A stretch of DNA of 64,000 nt from an uncultured delta proteobacterium (lineage in GTDB: Bacteria > Desulfobacterota > Binatia > UBA9968): positions 160,001 to 224,000 of the forward strand of contig CAVSHR010000004.1 of the NCBI GenBank assembly GCA_963727625.1. The letters are read 5' to 3'. Under the pieces are notes generated by a model that saw only the letters and a program-made list of their open reading frames with translations, made no database searches and was not told the DNA's origin. Of the stretch, positions 19,127-29,425 are shown in pieces. The position numbers and the translations under genes are program-made. Each line of letters starts with the position of its first letter. The first letter of the stretch is position 1.

Positions 19127-19903
19127 TTATTCTGGATCGTTATCCATTTGTTCCCCTTCTACATCACACGTCACAAAGCCCTTGGAGAAAGCTTCATATT
19201 CCCGACAAAAGGTAATCCAATGCGAGTGACCAAAAACATCGTCGTACCAAGATTTTCCATGAACGCGAATAATCCGTTTTCCGGAGAGAATCTCATTTAA
19301 GATCGACTCCGTCAGAGTAATCGAATCTACAGTAAGACGTGGGTGTCCTTCAGTTCGAATCATGGTTTTGCCAAGAGGTTCTCGCTTGTCGAAAGAATGA
19401 CTAGGAGGGCGCGCCTGGTTTGTGAGGAAGGTTTCAGCACCGCCGTTAATGGTAGAGTTAACGGCAGGAGTTCGACCAGTGTTCACAGATTCTACTTGAA
19501 TTTTAATTATCTTTCCTACCTCAAACTGCTCGAAGTCGGTCTTCCCTGGCAGTACCCACGCACGCTGGGAAATTCTAGCCTGTCGCTCGGACACAGCGTT
19601 GGCTTCCTGTGCCGTGCGTACAACATCCCTCGTAGCACACCATTGAAACAAAGTTATTGTGGCATAAGCGATGACGGCCAATAACGTGAAACTCTCAACG
19701 CGGAATCTCCGAAATTCAAGCTTCTGTGTTTCTGCTTGATTAGCGATGTAGGTACTTATAGCGGTTTGTAAAACTTGCGTTTCACCGTGCAATGCTTCAA
19801 TAATCTGATTGTAGCTCTCATCGCGGGTGTCAGTGTTGCGCGTGATCTCCGCAGGTATTCGTTTAAAGCAAGCGATGAGTTGTTTGATAAGTTTTTGTAT
19901 CAT
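19127..19903 (-). CDS. hypothetical membrane-anchored protein
   Basis: 258-aa ORF with one TM segment then QRAWV...NTGRTPA...WYDDVFG; AT-richer. Confidence 0.7.
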   Translation of the reverse strand: MIQKLIKQLIACFKRIPAEITRNTDTRDESYNQIIEALHGETQVLQTAISTYIANQAETQKLEFRRFRVESFTLLAVIAYATITLFQWCATRDVVRTAQEANAVSERQARISQRAWVLPGKTDFEQFEVGKIIKIQVESVNTGRTPAVNSTINGGAETFLTNQARPPSHSFDKREPLGKTMIRTEGHPRLTVDSITLTESILNEILSGKRIIRVHGKSWYDDVFGHSHWITFCREYEAFSKGFVTCDVEGEQMDNDPE

Positions 19904-20109
19904 ACAAAAATCATCATATTACACACAAAGCGTTTTGTCATAGGACCGAGTTTCTCGCCATAGATTCTTATCGACGATTAGCAGTGGAAATTTCTGAGGC
20001 GAAATATACGGTACTAAGCGTGGACTCCGTCCCCCGCGCTCTATGAGTTCCTGAAAGCATCAATCCGATCAGGGCAACGAAAAATTGCGAGGCTACAGTC
20101 GCCGTTTAC

Positions 20110-20367
20110 TTGGACCAAGTCCGGGAAGGCACGCGGGCTCCTTTGCTGGCACTGAACACTGCTTTGAGGAAGATTGGAGACAATCCAGAATTTGTGAGGA
20201 AGATGGCAGAGTATTTGGAGCGACAGCCCCTGGACCGGCTGCGGGAGAGTTTGGGCAATGCTGACAAGGCCATTTTACCCACGACGGAAGAAATGAATGA
20301 ATTCAATGAGTTGCATGGGCAATTCGCTTTCTTCTCTGGGAGTGAAAAACACGAAATTCCTCAATGA
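20110..20367 (+). pseudogene. probable C-terminal fragment of an unknown gene
   Basis: Open frame extends upstream across one TGA at 20044; no recognisable domain. Confidence 0.3.
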
Positions 20368-20488
20368 AATCAAACGTGGGCAAGTGGGTAATATGCCTAT
20401 ATAAGAAAAAGAGACCGCCCAACCCAAGTTCGGTGGTCAGTCGGGCTAGGGGCTCACGGCCCCTGCGCCCGTAGGGCCTAGCGATTCG

Positions 20489-20971
20489 ACCAAAGCCGTG
20501 GGAAGGCGAAAAAGGAGTTCGCTGAGCGGTACGAGATACGGTGAGATTTTTGGGCGAAGCTACTTGAATATGCGAAGACTAAAACGAGACTTCATGGTGG
20601 AATTTCACCGAGGGGTTATCACTGGCTCGGAACAGCTGCAGGCAAACGAGCCCTTAGTTATAATTATGTAGTTATGGGAACACGAATCGAGCGTCAAACT
20701 CTATATCGATCGCGGAAAGGACCGCGACTCGGAAAATAAAGCAATATTCGATTCGTTGCACGCGAAGAAAAACGAGATCGAGAAATCTTTTCGAGACACT
20801 TCAGAGTCGGAGCGTCTCGACAGTAAAAGAGCCTCGCGCATCAGGAAAACTGTCAATCGTGGTGGCTGGAAAGATCCCGAAAAATGGTCGGATGTTTAGT
20901 CCGCGACGGTTGACGCGATGATACGGTTAGAAAAGGCCCTGAAGCCGTACATTCAAATGCTTGACGCTTGA
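20489..20971 (+). pseudogene. DUF4268-domain pseudogene
   Basis: ERYEIR*DFWAKLL...LYIDRG...ENKAIFDSLHAKKNEIEK...RLDSKRASRI...AMIRLEKALKP with stops and a frameshift. Confidence 0.7.
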
Positions 20972-21093
20972 CCTTAACAATAGCAAAAGCGAGCCCCATT
21001 AGCCGTAAAAGGCGAAGACAGGCGAAAAAGCGGGTCTAAACTGAGCCGGAAATGTAGAAATCGTAAATCATCGTGCTCACCTCCCCGACTTTG

Positions 21094-21591
21094 CTAGAGG
21101 TGGCCCCATTCGGAGCCATTCCGCGCCAGCGGCCTGATGCTGCGCTCGTACGCCCATTCGATCATAGCCGGATCACGAGCAGAATCGGTACACAAAACAC
21201 GTGGGTTTGGCTTGATACCGACCCGACCGAGATCTAGGGGATCCGCATCCCAGCACGTCTGCACAGTCACGTTGCCGGTTCGCAACCCGTCACTATGTCC
21301 TCGGCACGCGGTCAATAGATCTTCCAGGTCAGCGGGTGGCAGCTCGAAGACCAACCCAGCTAAAGCCTGCGCAAATTTGGCTGCTCGATTGCCGTGTTCG
21401 TAGTCAGATTCGTTGTTTAGCCTCCTGGAGTCATGCAAGAAGGCGAATAGCTCAACGACCTGAGTGTTGGCCCCGGTCGTTTCCGCGAGGCGCAGACCAT
21501 TCACACGCACCCGCGCCCAATGTGGCGCACCATGTAGCCCTTTCCAACTCAAGGCAAATTGCTTGCGGATAATTTGGATTAGTTCATTCAT
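21094..21591 (-). CDS. HD-domain protein
   Basis: HGAPHWARV, AFLHDSRR, CWDADPLDLGRVG; start moved to ATG 21591. Confidence 0.8.
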   Translation of the reverse strand: MNELIQIIRKQFALSWKGLHGAPHWARVRVNGLRLAETTGANTQVVELFAFLHDSRRLNNESDYEHGNRAAKFAQALAGLVFELPPADLEDLLTACRGHSDGLRTGNVTVQTCWDADPLDLGRVGIKPNPRVLCTDSARDPAMIEWAYERSIRPLARNGSEWGHL

Positions 21592-21610
21592 GCTTCCTCT
21601 AACGTTTTCG

Positions 21611-21943
21611 CTATCTCCGCCAGTCACACAGCAAACAAACATCCGGTTTTCGCTCTTTTGCTGCTTCCGCCTCGCCTCGTGCTCGTATCCGTGCCGCCTC
21701 TAGGTCTGTCTGTGCGCGTTCTCTTGCTTGTCGCAACTTGGCTTCATTCTGCCGCCATTGCTCGTCCGCAATCTCAGCTCTTCGTATCCTTTCAGCTTCT
21801 CGTTTGTCATTCTCTTTATTTTCCTCTACCTGGGCTTTTGGCGTCACATCCACCCCAATGCGAGTGTCTTGCCCATAAGCTGAAACCGTTACAACCACTA
21901 CTGCTGCCAACGCTAATCCAATGAGTTTAGCTAACTGATTCAT
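21611..21943 (-). CDS. secreted coiled-coil hypothetical protein
   Basis: Signal peptide (SAYG-Q), charged helical body, GGAGG SD. Confidence 0.65.
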   Translation of the reverse strand: MNQLAKLIGLALAAVVVVTVSAYGQDTRIGVDVTPKAQVEENKENDKREAERIRRAEIADEQWRQNEAKLRQARERAQTDLEAARIRARGEAEAAKERKPDVCLLCDWRR

Positions 21944-22275
21944 TCGCCTTCCTCCTGCGCCTTGTGCTCCAGCATTCGTTGGACCCTGGCCCGGCTTTGC
22001 TCCAGCTCAACGTCTGCTAATTCTGCTGCCTCCTCTGTGCTGTGCAAGGTGGCGGTATCGCAACGTACAATCACCGAAATTGCCTTAGCAAGAACTGCCA
22101 TGTTACCCCCTAATCTCCCTGTCGGTACTGGTAAGGACCGCAAAAGGCGTGCCGCAGATAGAGCCCCTCCGTGGGCTTAGAAGTGCCGACGATTCTCATT
22201 CGGGCAGGGTCGATCTGTCAAAATCTGGTAATTTGGCACGTCATGGCATTGTCCTTTCGCGAGCTTTCGTCAGCA

Positions 22276-22420
22276 CTAAATTATCCTTGCTCGCTTCAAG
22301 ACTCGTTCAGATAAACCCGTTTTTTCAACCACTTGTTTTAACATTTTGCCCTCTTCTAATAATTTTTTGGCCGTTCTCAATGCTTCCTTCCGTTTGCCAG
22401 TGCGCAGTTTTTTAAAATAA
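22276..22420 (-). pseudogene. C-terminal remnant resembling Rpn/YhgA-type or related HTH tail
   Basis: GKRKEALRTAKKLLEEG...VVEKTGLSE motif; upstream part degraded. Confidence 0.45.
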
Positions 22421-22752
22421 CCAGTTTCGAGTCTCCGCGTGTTATTGAAAGTATTCCTGCATTTCGCTCGCAGCCCCCTGTGCACCGCTGGCGAGACCGA
22501 AGGTCAAGTCATCGCCGGTGACGGTGGAAGTTATCCAATTTCCCTTTCTCCTCGACACCGCTCCAACTCATGAATCCTAGTTTCGGCCATTGCCCTTGAT
22601 CAGGATCTCCGAACTAGTTTAGACTGCGCGAAGTTTTTAAAAAGTACAATCAGACCGGCTAATAACAATCCCGTTTGCGTGTAGGTAGCATTTTTGATCT
22701 GGGTCATACGGGTATTTGATCGGCGGTCGCGTAAAAACCTCAATTAACCTTT

Positions 22753-23290
22753 ATGCTTTCCCAGATTCCCGAACCTGGACAAATCGTAATAGTTAGACAC
22801 CGTCCATTCACGGTGGTTGACGTTCAGGCATCACAGCTGCCAGCACCTTCTCATCTAAACGACAAGCAAAACAAACAGCATTTGGTGCGTTTGTCTTCTG
22901 TCGAGGACGAGGGTCTCGGCGAAGAGCTCGATGTCGTTTGGGAGTTAGAGCTGGGCGCCACGTGTTTAGAAAAAGCCAAGCTTCCGAAATTGGAAGGTTT
23001 TGATCCACCTAAATATTTCGATGCGTTCCTGGACGCGGTGAGATGGGGGTCGGTTTCTTCTGCCGATGATAAGGCACTTCAGGCGCCGTTTCGAAGCGGC
23101 ATTGATGTGGATGATTACCAACTCGATCCTGTGGTGCGTGCTCTTTCCATGCCGCGGGTTAACTTGCTCGTGGCCGATGACGTTGGTCTCGGCAAAACTA
23201 TCGAAGCTGGGTTGGTCGCCCAAGAGCTTATCCTCCGCCATCGAGCACGGACCATATTGATTGTTTGCCCGGCATCGATTCAGGTGCAGA
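22753..23290 (+). pseudogene. drmD: DISARM SNF2-like helicase DrmD, N-terminal fragment
   Basis: PEPGQIV, HLVRLSSVEDEGLGEEL, FLDAVRWG, APFRSGI, YQLDPVVRAL-MPRVNLLVADDVGLGKTIEAG; cut after CPAS by a RAYT element. Confidence 0.82.
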
Positions 23291-23301
23291 GAATTGACTC
23301 A

Positions 23302-23793
23302 GGGGTCAGACTTTTATAAATTGACTATCTCGATCCACCTTGATATGGGAATGCATCATGGCGCGCCGGCCGAGAGTATTTGCCGCAGGGATTCTGTATC
23401 ATGTGATTGTGCGCGGCAACCAGCGGCAGAAGATTTTCACCTCCGACGGCGATTATCAGGCCTATACCGAACGACTGGCGCGGTATCGCAAGAAATACGA
23501 CTACAAGTTGCACGCCTACTGTTTGATGCCCAATCACGTTCATTTGCTGGTTGAGAGTTCCCATCACCCTCTAGCGAAACTCATGCAAGGGCTGCAACAA
23601 TCCTACAGCCAATATTTCAATCTTAAACACCGCAAGACCGGACACGTATTTGAAGGGCGCTACAAGGCGATCCTCTGCCAGAAAGACCAGTATCTGCTTC
23701 AGCTGATCCGTTATATACATCTCAATCCGGTGCGCGCCGGCATGGTCAGGAGTCCGGAGCGCTATCGTTACTCAGGGGATCACGCGTATCTAC
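23302..23793 (+). mobile_element. REP-associated tyrosine transposase (RAYT, Y1 HUH) element, truncated
   Basis: GGGGTCAG 5' motif; ATG 23358 MARRPR...YHVIVRGN...LMPNHVHLL...GRYKAIL...YIHLNPVRAG; cut at 23793 by an IS21 end. Confidence 0.85.
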
Positions 23794-24614
23794 TGACCGA
23801 TTTCACGGAACGTACCCACCCAATATCAACGAAGGGACCCACCCAATTTCAGTGAAGGGACCCACCCAATATCAGGTGGTCCCCATGGATTTCTGAGCGA
23901 AGCGGCGAGCGGTGGTAAGTTGGCCGGCTGGAGGAGGATCCAGTTGATGGCCAAAGAAAGGACCAGCGTTCGTATGCAAACTCAAATCAAGATCATGTCG
24001 GCACAGGGGCACTCGATTCGCAGTATCGCCCGTGTGCTGAGGCTTTCACGCCGAACCGTACGGAAGTATTTGGAGCTGGCAGCAGAGCCGCCCAGTGAGA
24101 ACAGCGGTTGGGAGGAGAAGATAGACTGGGACTCTGTGCGCCAGGAAGTCTACGGCAAAGGGACCACGGTCAAACAGATCGGGCAGGAGGTGGCCCCCGA
24201 AATCGCCTATGTAAAGTTCTGGCGGGCGTTTCGGGAACAGGCCGGCCGCCAGGCCTCCCCGCAACAAGTTACTATTAGGCTTAATCACAAGCCGGCGGAA
24301 AAAACCCAGGTCGATTTCTGCGACGGTGTTTTCATCACTGAGCGAGAAAGCGGCAAGAAAACCCTCACACAGTTTTTCTTGGGCGTGTTGCCGTTCAGTT
24401 CGTACACCTTCGGGGAGTTTGTTCTCGATCAGAAGCTTGGCACTTTCATCGGGGTCCAGAGCCGCATGTTCGCTTACTTTGGCGGGGTCACCCCCTATCT
24501 GGTGGTGGACAATCTCAAGAGCGGTGTCCACAAGGCCGATCTGTATGATCCCGACGTTAATCCGACCTACTGTGATTTTGCCAATCACATGGGCTTTGCG
24601 GTCTTGCCGGCTAG
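23794..24614 (+). mobile_element. istA: IS21-family element left part with truncated istA
   Basis: TG start, three 23-bp-period repeats GAASGKACCCACCCAATWTCA (23808-23874); IstA from ATG 23947 with HTH, QVDF, FGGVTP, DNLKSGV; cut at VLPA. Confidence 0.85.
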
Positions 24615-26099
24615 CAGCCCGTGGTGAAAGTCGAGAATGAAGTGGGAGAGTGATGGAGAGTAGTCGACAGGAACGATAGATCGTGTAGAATTTTTTGCAT
24701 GGCGATGGGACAACGAAAACACGAAGAGCAGAGAGCGATGTGGGTGGGAGTGAGCGAGCTACCGAAGTCTGTGAGCCACCCGTTCTACGAGAAGCTCAAC
24801 GGGTTATTGGCCAAGCATGGGTTCGACGAGTTTGTCGAAGCGCAGTGCCGGGCGTTCTATGCCGAGAAGATGGGGCGGCCCAGTCTGGCGCCTGGACGAT
24901 ATTTCCGTTTTCTATTACTTGGCTACTTCGAATGCCTGGACTCTGAACGCGCCATGGCGTGGCGCGCGGCGGACTCCTCGGGAGTGCGATCGTTCCTTGA
25001 GCTGGGGCTGACCGAGTGTGCACCGGATCATTCGACGATATCGCGGACTCGGCGATTGATCGATTTGGAAACCCATCGGACGGTGTTCACATGGGTACTT
25101 CAGTGTCTGGGCATCGCCGGACTCATCAAAGGGAAAACGCTGGCGATCGATGCTACCACGCTCGAAGCGAACGCGGCCTTGCGCAGCATCGTGCGCCGCG
25201 ACACCGGGGAGAGCTATAACGAGTTTTTGACCAAGCTGGCTGAGGAATCCGGCATTGAGACCCCAACGCGAGCCGATCTGGCGAAGTTGGATCGCAAACG
25301 TAAGAAGAAAGGATCTAACCAGGACTGGGAACATCCGCATGACCCCGACGCACGGATCGCCAAGATGAAGGACGGACGGACCCATTTAGCGCACAAAGCC
25401 GAGCATGCCGTGGACCTGGAGACCGGTGCCATCGTGGCGGTCACGCTGCAGGAAGCCGATCAAGGCGACACGACCACGATCCAGACGACGCTGCCTGAGG
25501 CAATCGAGCAATTAGAAGCGGTGGCTGCGATCATCGACGACAAGGTGAAGATAGGCAAGGAAGTGGTCACCGACAAGGGCTATCACAGTAAGCAAACCGT
25601 GCTCGATATGCAGAACCTAGGACTGCGCACCTACATCAGTGAACCGGATCGCGGCCGGCAGCACTGGAAGGGTCAGCAGGCTGAGCGTGACGCGGTGTAT
25701 GCCAATCGGCGGCGCATTCGAGGCGAGCGTGGGCAGCTATTGATGCGGCAACGAGGTGAGTTGTTAGAGCGACCCAATGCGCATCTCTACGAGACCGGCG
25801 GCATGCGCCGGACTCATCTGCGCGGGCACGGCAATATTCTCAAACGGCTACTCGTGCACGTAGCGGCCTGCAATCTGGGCCTGTGGATGCGCACGTTGAC
25901 GGGAATTGGAACGCCACGCGGCCTACAGGGCCGTTTTGCCGCCGTACTGGCTATCTGTTTTACTCTGTGGGTGCTACTGCGCGACCAACTAACCGCTCAT
26001 CGGCGCCGAGGACTCGACCTGAGACTATTTGCGCTCCCAAGTCACCGCTTCGCCGCGATCCCATGCGTTTTGTAAAAATCGGACTTCTACCACGGGCTG
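24615..26099 (+). mobile_element. IS5/IS1182-type insertion sequence, copy 1 (1485 bp)
   Basis: IRs CAGCCCGTGGT.../...ACCACGGGCTG; flanks CTAG (left) and CTAA (right). Confidence 0.92.
24699..26075 (+). CDS. DDE transposase (DUF772 + DDE)
   Basis: GRPS, PDHSTISR, IDAT, DPDARI, DKGYHS motifs. Confidence 0.92.
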   Translation: MAMGQRKHEEQRAMWVGVSELPKSVSHPFYEKLNGLLAKHGFDEFVEAQCRAFYAEKMGRPSLAPGRYFRFLLLGYFECLDSERAMAWRAADSSGVRSFLELGLTECAPDHSTISRTRRLIDLETHRTVFTWVLQCLGIAGLIKGKTLAIDATTLEANAALRSIVRRDTGESYNEFLTKLAEESGIETPTRADLAKLDRKRKKKGSNQDWEHPHDPDARIAKMKDGRTHLAHKAEHAVDLETGAIVAVTLQEADQGDTTTIQTTLPEAIEQLEAVAAIIDDKVKIGKEVVTDKGYHSKQTVLDMQNLGLRTYISEPDRGRQHWKGQQAERDAVYANRRRIRGERGQLLMRQRGELLERPNAHLYETGGMRRTHLRGHGNILKRLLVHVAACNLGLWMRTLTGIGTPRGLQGRFAAVLAICFTLWVLLRDQLTAHRRRGLDLRLFALPSHRFAAIPCVL

Positions 26100-26924
26100 C
26101 TAAGCGGGGAACCCCGCAGGGCGGAGTGATCTCACCGTTGCTGGCCAATGTCTATCTGAACTTATTTGACCGGATGTTCCGTTCATACTGTCAGTCCACG
26201 GGCTTGGCGGCCGAACTTGTCCGCTATGCCGATGATTTTGTCATCTTGATGCGTGGCAGAGTGGAGCGGACCGGGGAAAAGGTCAAGCAGATGTTGGAGG
26301 AACTGGCGCTCAAGTTAAACGAAGACAAGACGCAAGTCTTGGATGCGCGCCAGCAGAGCTTTGAATTTCTCGGGTTTAGTTTTCAACGCCCGAGAAGTTC
26401 AAAGAGCGGCAAGATGATCGTTGTGGTTGAGCCCTCGCGGAAAAGCGAACAACGCTTTCGCGATGAAGTGCGCAGCTTAACAGCACGATGGACCCACTGT
26501 TTACCCCAGCAGCAGGTGGTCGAGAGGGTGAATCGGTATGTGCAGGGATGGGTAAATTACTTTCACCTGCACAACAGCACGCGAGTGTTTGCCCGCCAGC
26601 AGTTCTTCCTAGAGCAGCGTATGCGCAAGTACCTGCAAACGCGGCGGCAGCGTAAGGGCAATGGCATGATGCAATGGCCGGCATCCCGGCTCTATAAGGA
26701 GTTGGGACTATGTGCCATACCAGGCTATGCTCGTTATCGGCGAGTTCGTATGCCTTGAGATGAAGATGATCGGAAAGCCGTATGCGGAAGACCTGCAAGT
26801 ACGGTTTGATGAGGGGGAACAGGACTGCGTTCCAGGGACGATCCTAAACGGGCACGAAGTTGGAAACGACGGCTACAGCCAAGGATCCGCCTACGGAAGG
26901 TCGCGCCTGTTCTCTACACTCTAC
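26100..26924 (+). mobile_element. group II intron, 3' half only
   Basis: RT fragment GTPQGGVISPLLANVYL...YADD, X domain, no En (ends 26758); domain V AAGCCGTATGCG...GTACGGTTTG (26775-26808); domain VI ending CTCTAC at about 26924. Confidence 0.9.
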
Positions 26925-27059
26925 CCATCGGTTTTTCACAGGATTTCCCTAGCTCGCATCGCATCTTCTCCTCCATCGTATTTATCCGATGGCTGTAGTC
27001 TGTCAAATTCTGGCATCCTCTTTGGCAATGAAACCCGCAAGAAACGGTAGTGTCTGGCA

Positions 27060-27326
27060 CAGATTTATCGGGCGCGGCCATTCGCCTGCCCAATGTGGCG
27101 TTTGATCATGCCTGCATCAAAGGCGTGATCGAGGCGGTGAACAACCTGTTCACCGGTGCGGCCACGGCCGAGTGCTCGCAGTCCTCGGCCGCTATGATCA
27201 CACAGACGTCCTGCCCCATGGACGCTGAATCGCATGGCTCGCCGCCTCTGTGAATCCTGTGTCTGCGTCAGTGCACAAGCACACCGCTTCTTTGCCCTCA
27301 CGCAGATTAGCCTGACAATGTCATTG
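27060..27326 (+). mobile_element. possible IS4-family end remnant
   Basis: Ends in TTAGCCTGACAATGTCATTG (reverse CAATGACATTGTCAGGCTAA), resembling IS4-type IRs; no intact transposase. Confidence 0.4.
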
Positions 27327-28901
27327 ATACAGCCGTACCTCTATCGTATAGCCGAAGTTCCGGTGTGGCCCCACAGCGAAACGCTGTTCCAAGGTGCTTC
27401 GTACGAGGCCGTGAGGGTCTTTTAAGTCGGCTCGGCGCATGATGAGCCATGCCCTGTCGTATCGATCCAATGTCGCGATGAGATCCGGCAAATGCTCGGC
27501 TGAAAACGACTGGGTTCCTTTGCCACCGGCAGGATATTTGGCAGGGACAACACGTACATGCATAGGGACCGGCTGCCGGTCCCTATAGTATTCGAACGGT
27601 ATACCCGTTGAGCCACCGACAATAATTACGATGTCATTCTGGCGAATACCATCCGCGACATATTTGACCACATCCCGCCAAGGTTCCTTGGAATGCAGTG
27701 TATAGAAGTTCATCGCCGATACAAGCCATATCGCTGTCAGGACAGTCGTGGCGATCGTTCGCAACCACGAACTTGATAACCATGTAATGCCCACAGCAAC
27801 GGCTAGATAATATGGTACCGTCACGCCAAGCACGAGGCGAGACAAAAAGATCGGACGATAGATATCGCTCAAAATTACAAGAGCGATGATCGGAATCACC
27901 AACGCCAATGTTAACATTAAGGCAATTCGCCATCTTCGCTCCATTAAGAGTTTCGCGAAACCGGCGGCAGCGAGGAGCGCCAAAAGGAAGTTTGGAATAG
28001 GCTGCCATCTGAACAAAGCGGGGAGACCAAATAGATGATGCAGCGAGAAACCGAATGTCTCCCATGTCAACGCTGGAATCCAGAAACTCGATGAAACCTT
28101 CTGAAATTGTAGTGATAGATAATAAAGGTACGGAATGCATAAAGTGGCGACTACGGCGGCGGCAAGTAAAACGTTACGCAGAAAGTCACGATCTGAGCGC
28201 AGTGTCACGATAATGTATGGTAGCAAAGCGAGAGCCAGGGCGGCGACATAGATGGCGGCCGTGTAGTGCATCCAGAGTGTGGTTGCAGTGCCGACGATCA
28301 AGGCCGACCATGCTCGGACTGCCCAGGGATGTTCAGCGGTCCGCTCGAGTTCCTCGTGGAAGACCTCAGTTCCGAGCCAAGGGCGGCGGGCATCGGCTGG
28401 AAAGCGCAAGAGGTGCGCGAGTCCAGCGAGTGCCAAGGCGAATCCAAGGACTTGCGCCGCATATGGCCGTGCTTCTTGGCTGTATTCGATTTGAACCGGC
28501 GACAGGGCGACAGCCAATGCGGCAATTGTTCCGACCCAATGCCCATTGCGTGTGCCGCCGACGTTGACGCCCAGCCAATACACGACGGGAACCGTCAATA
28601 CGCCGAACATCACGGAAAGGCTGCGGGCGGCACTTTCGCCGGTGCCAAAGATGGAAAGCCACAGTTTGAGTAATGTATAGTATAAGGGCGGGTTAGATTC
28701 GTAACGTGGTATATTGGTCCACAGTTCTAGGAAAGGATGTTGAGCGAACCAGACTGACCCAGTTTCGTCGATCCACAAGGAGAGGTGATCAATCTTGTAC
28801 AAGCGGAGCACGAACGCCCCAGAAATCAGAACGAGAATTACCAGGTGCCGTCGAGTAAAACTAGCGCCGCGTACATGCGCAGGGAGATAAATATTGGTCA
28901 T
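27321..28901 (-). CDS. GT39/PMT-2 (ArnT-like) membrane glycosyltransferase
   Basis: SLWIDE, NPPLYY, RSLS, YSQEARPYA, many TM helices. Confidence 0.88.
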   Translation of the reverse strand: MTNIYLPAHVRGASFTRRHLVILVLISGAFVLRLYKIDHLSLWIDETGSVWFAQHPFLELWTNIPRYESNPPLYYTLLKLWLSIFGTGESAARSLSVMFGVLTVPVVYWLGVNVGGTRNGHWVGTIAALAVALSPVQIEYSQEARPYAAQVLGFALALAGLAHLLRFPADARRPWLGTEVFHEELERTAEHPWAVRAWSALIVGTATTLWMHYTAAIYVAALALALLPYIIVTLRSDRDFLRNVLLAAAVVATLCIPYLYYLSLQFQKVSSSFWIPALTWETFGFSLHHLFGLPALFRWQPIPNFLLALLAAAGFAKLLMERRWRIALMLTLALVIPIIALVILSDIYRPIFLSRLVLGVTVPYYLAVAVGITWLSSSWLRTIATTVLTAIWLVSAMNFYTLHSKEPWRDVVKYVADGIRQNDIVIIVGGSTGIPFEYYRDRQPVPMHVRVVPAKYPAGGKGTQSFSAEHLPDLIATLDRYDRAWLIMRRADLKDPHGLVRSTLEQRFAVGPHRNFGYTIEVRLYQ

Positions 28902-29425
28902 TGATAAAATTTAGCCTTTCCTAACGAATTCACCGTTCTGAGCCTATAAATTCAAATTGTCCGTTTGTACTTCGAGGTCCTGCCTCTCCGTCCTTTACAA
29001 CGCTCTATGGACGTGAGCTAAATCATCGCTGCGCCCGAAGGGGGTGTGCTCGACGCCACGCTGTTTGCGACCTCGGCCTCCGCGGTCCGCGACGCGGGCG
29101 TCTGGACCTTGAACGCGAGCTCGTCGAGCACAGCTCTATCAAGACCTGGGATGCTGCGACGATGGTTATTTTAAGTTCCTCGAGATGTTCTACAACAGCC
29201 GGTGCAGACACCACTCTCGAGATTATCCCATCCCTGTTGACTAAGAACGGCCGAGGACTGTTGCTTAACTTGCTGTCCGTTAAATCGAGGCTAGCTCAGC
29301 ATGTCCCTATAATTGCCGCAAATTCCTAGATCTTACCTCAATTCTAACAGCTAAGCATTTGATATTGCGCAAGCTTGTGTTTTTCCATTACATTGCGATA
29401 AGAGCAGGGCAGATACGCTAAAGCA

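Noticed and set aside
20542-20544. In-frame TGA in the DUF4268 gene (and at 20044) as selenocysteine
   Set aside because: Not a Cys-motif position, no hairpin seen, and the same gene also has a TAG and a frameshift.
23808-23874. Three 21-bp direct repeats as a mini CRISPR array
   Set aside because: Spacers are only 2 bp; they are IS21 terminal repeats upstream of istA.
25883-26758. 291-aa ORF as an intact RT, retron or DGR
   Set aside because: The N-terminal part is IS sequence read in another frame. RT domains 0-3 are missing, and DV/DVI identify a group II intron remnant.
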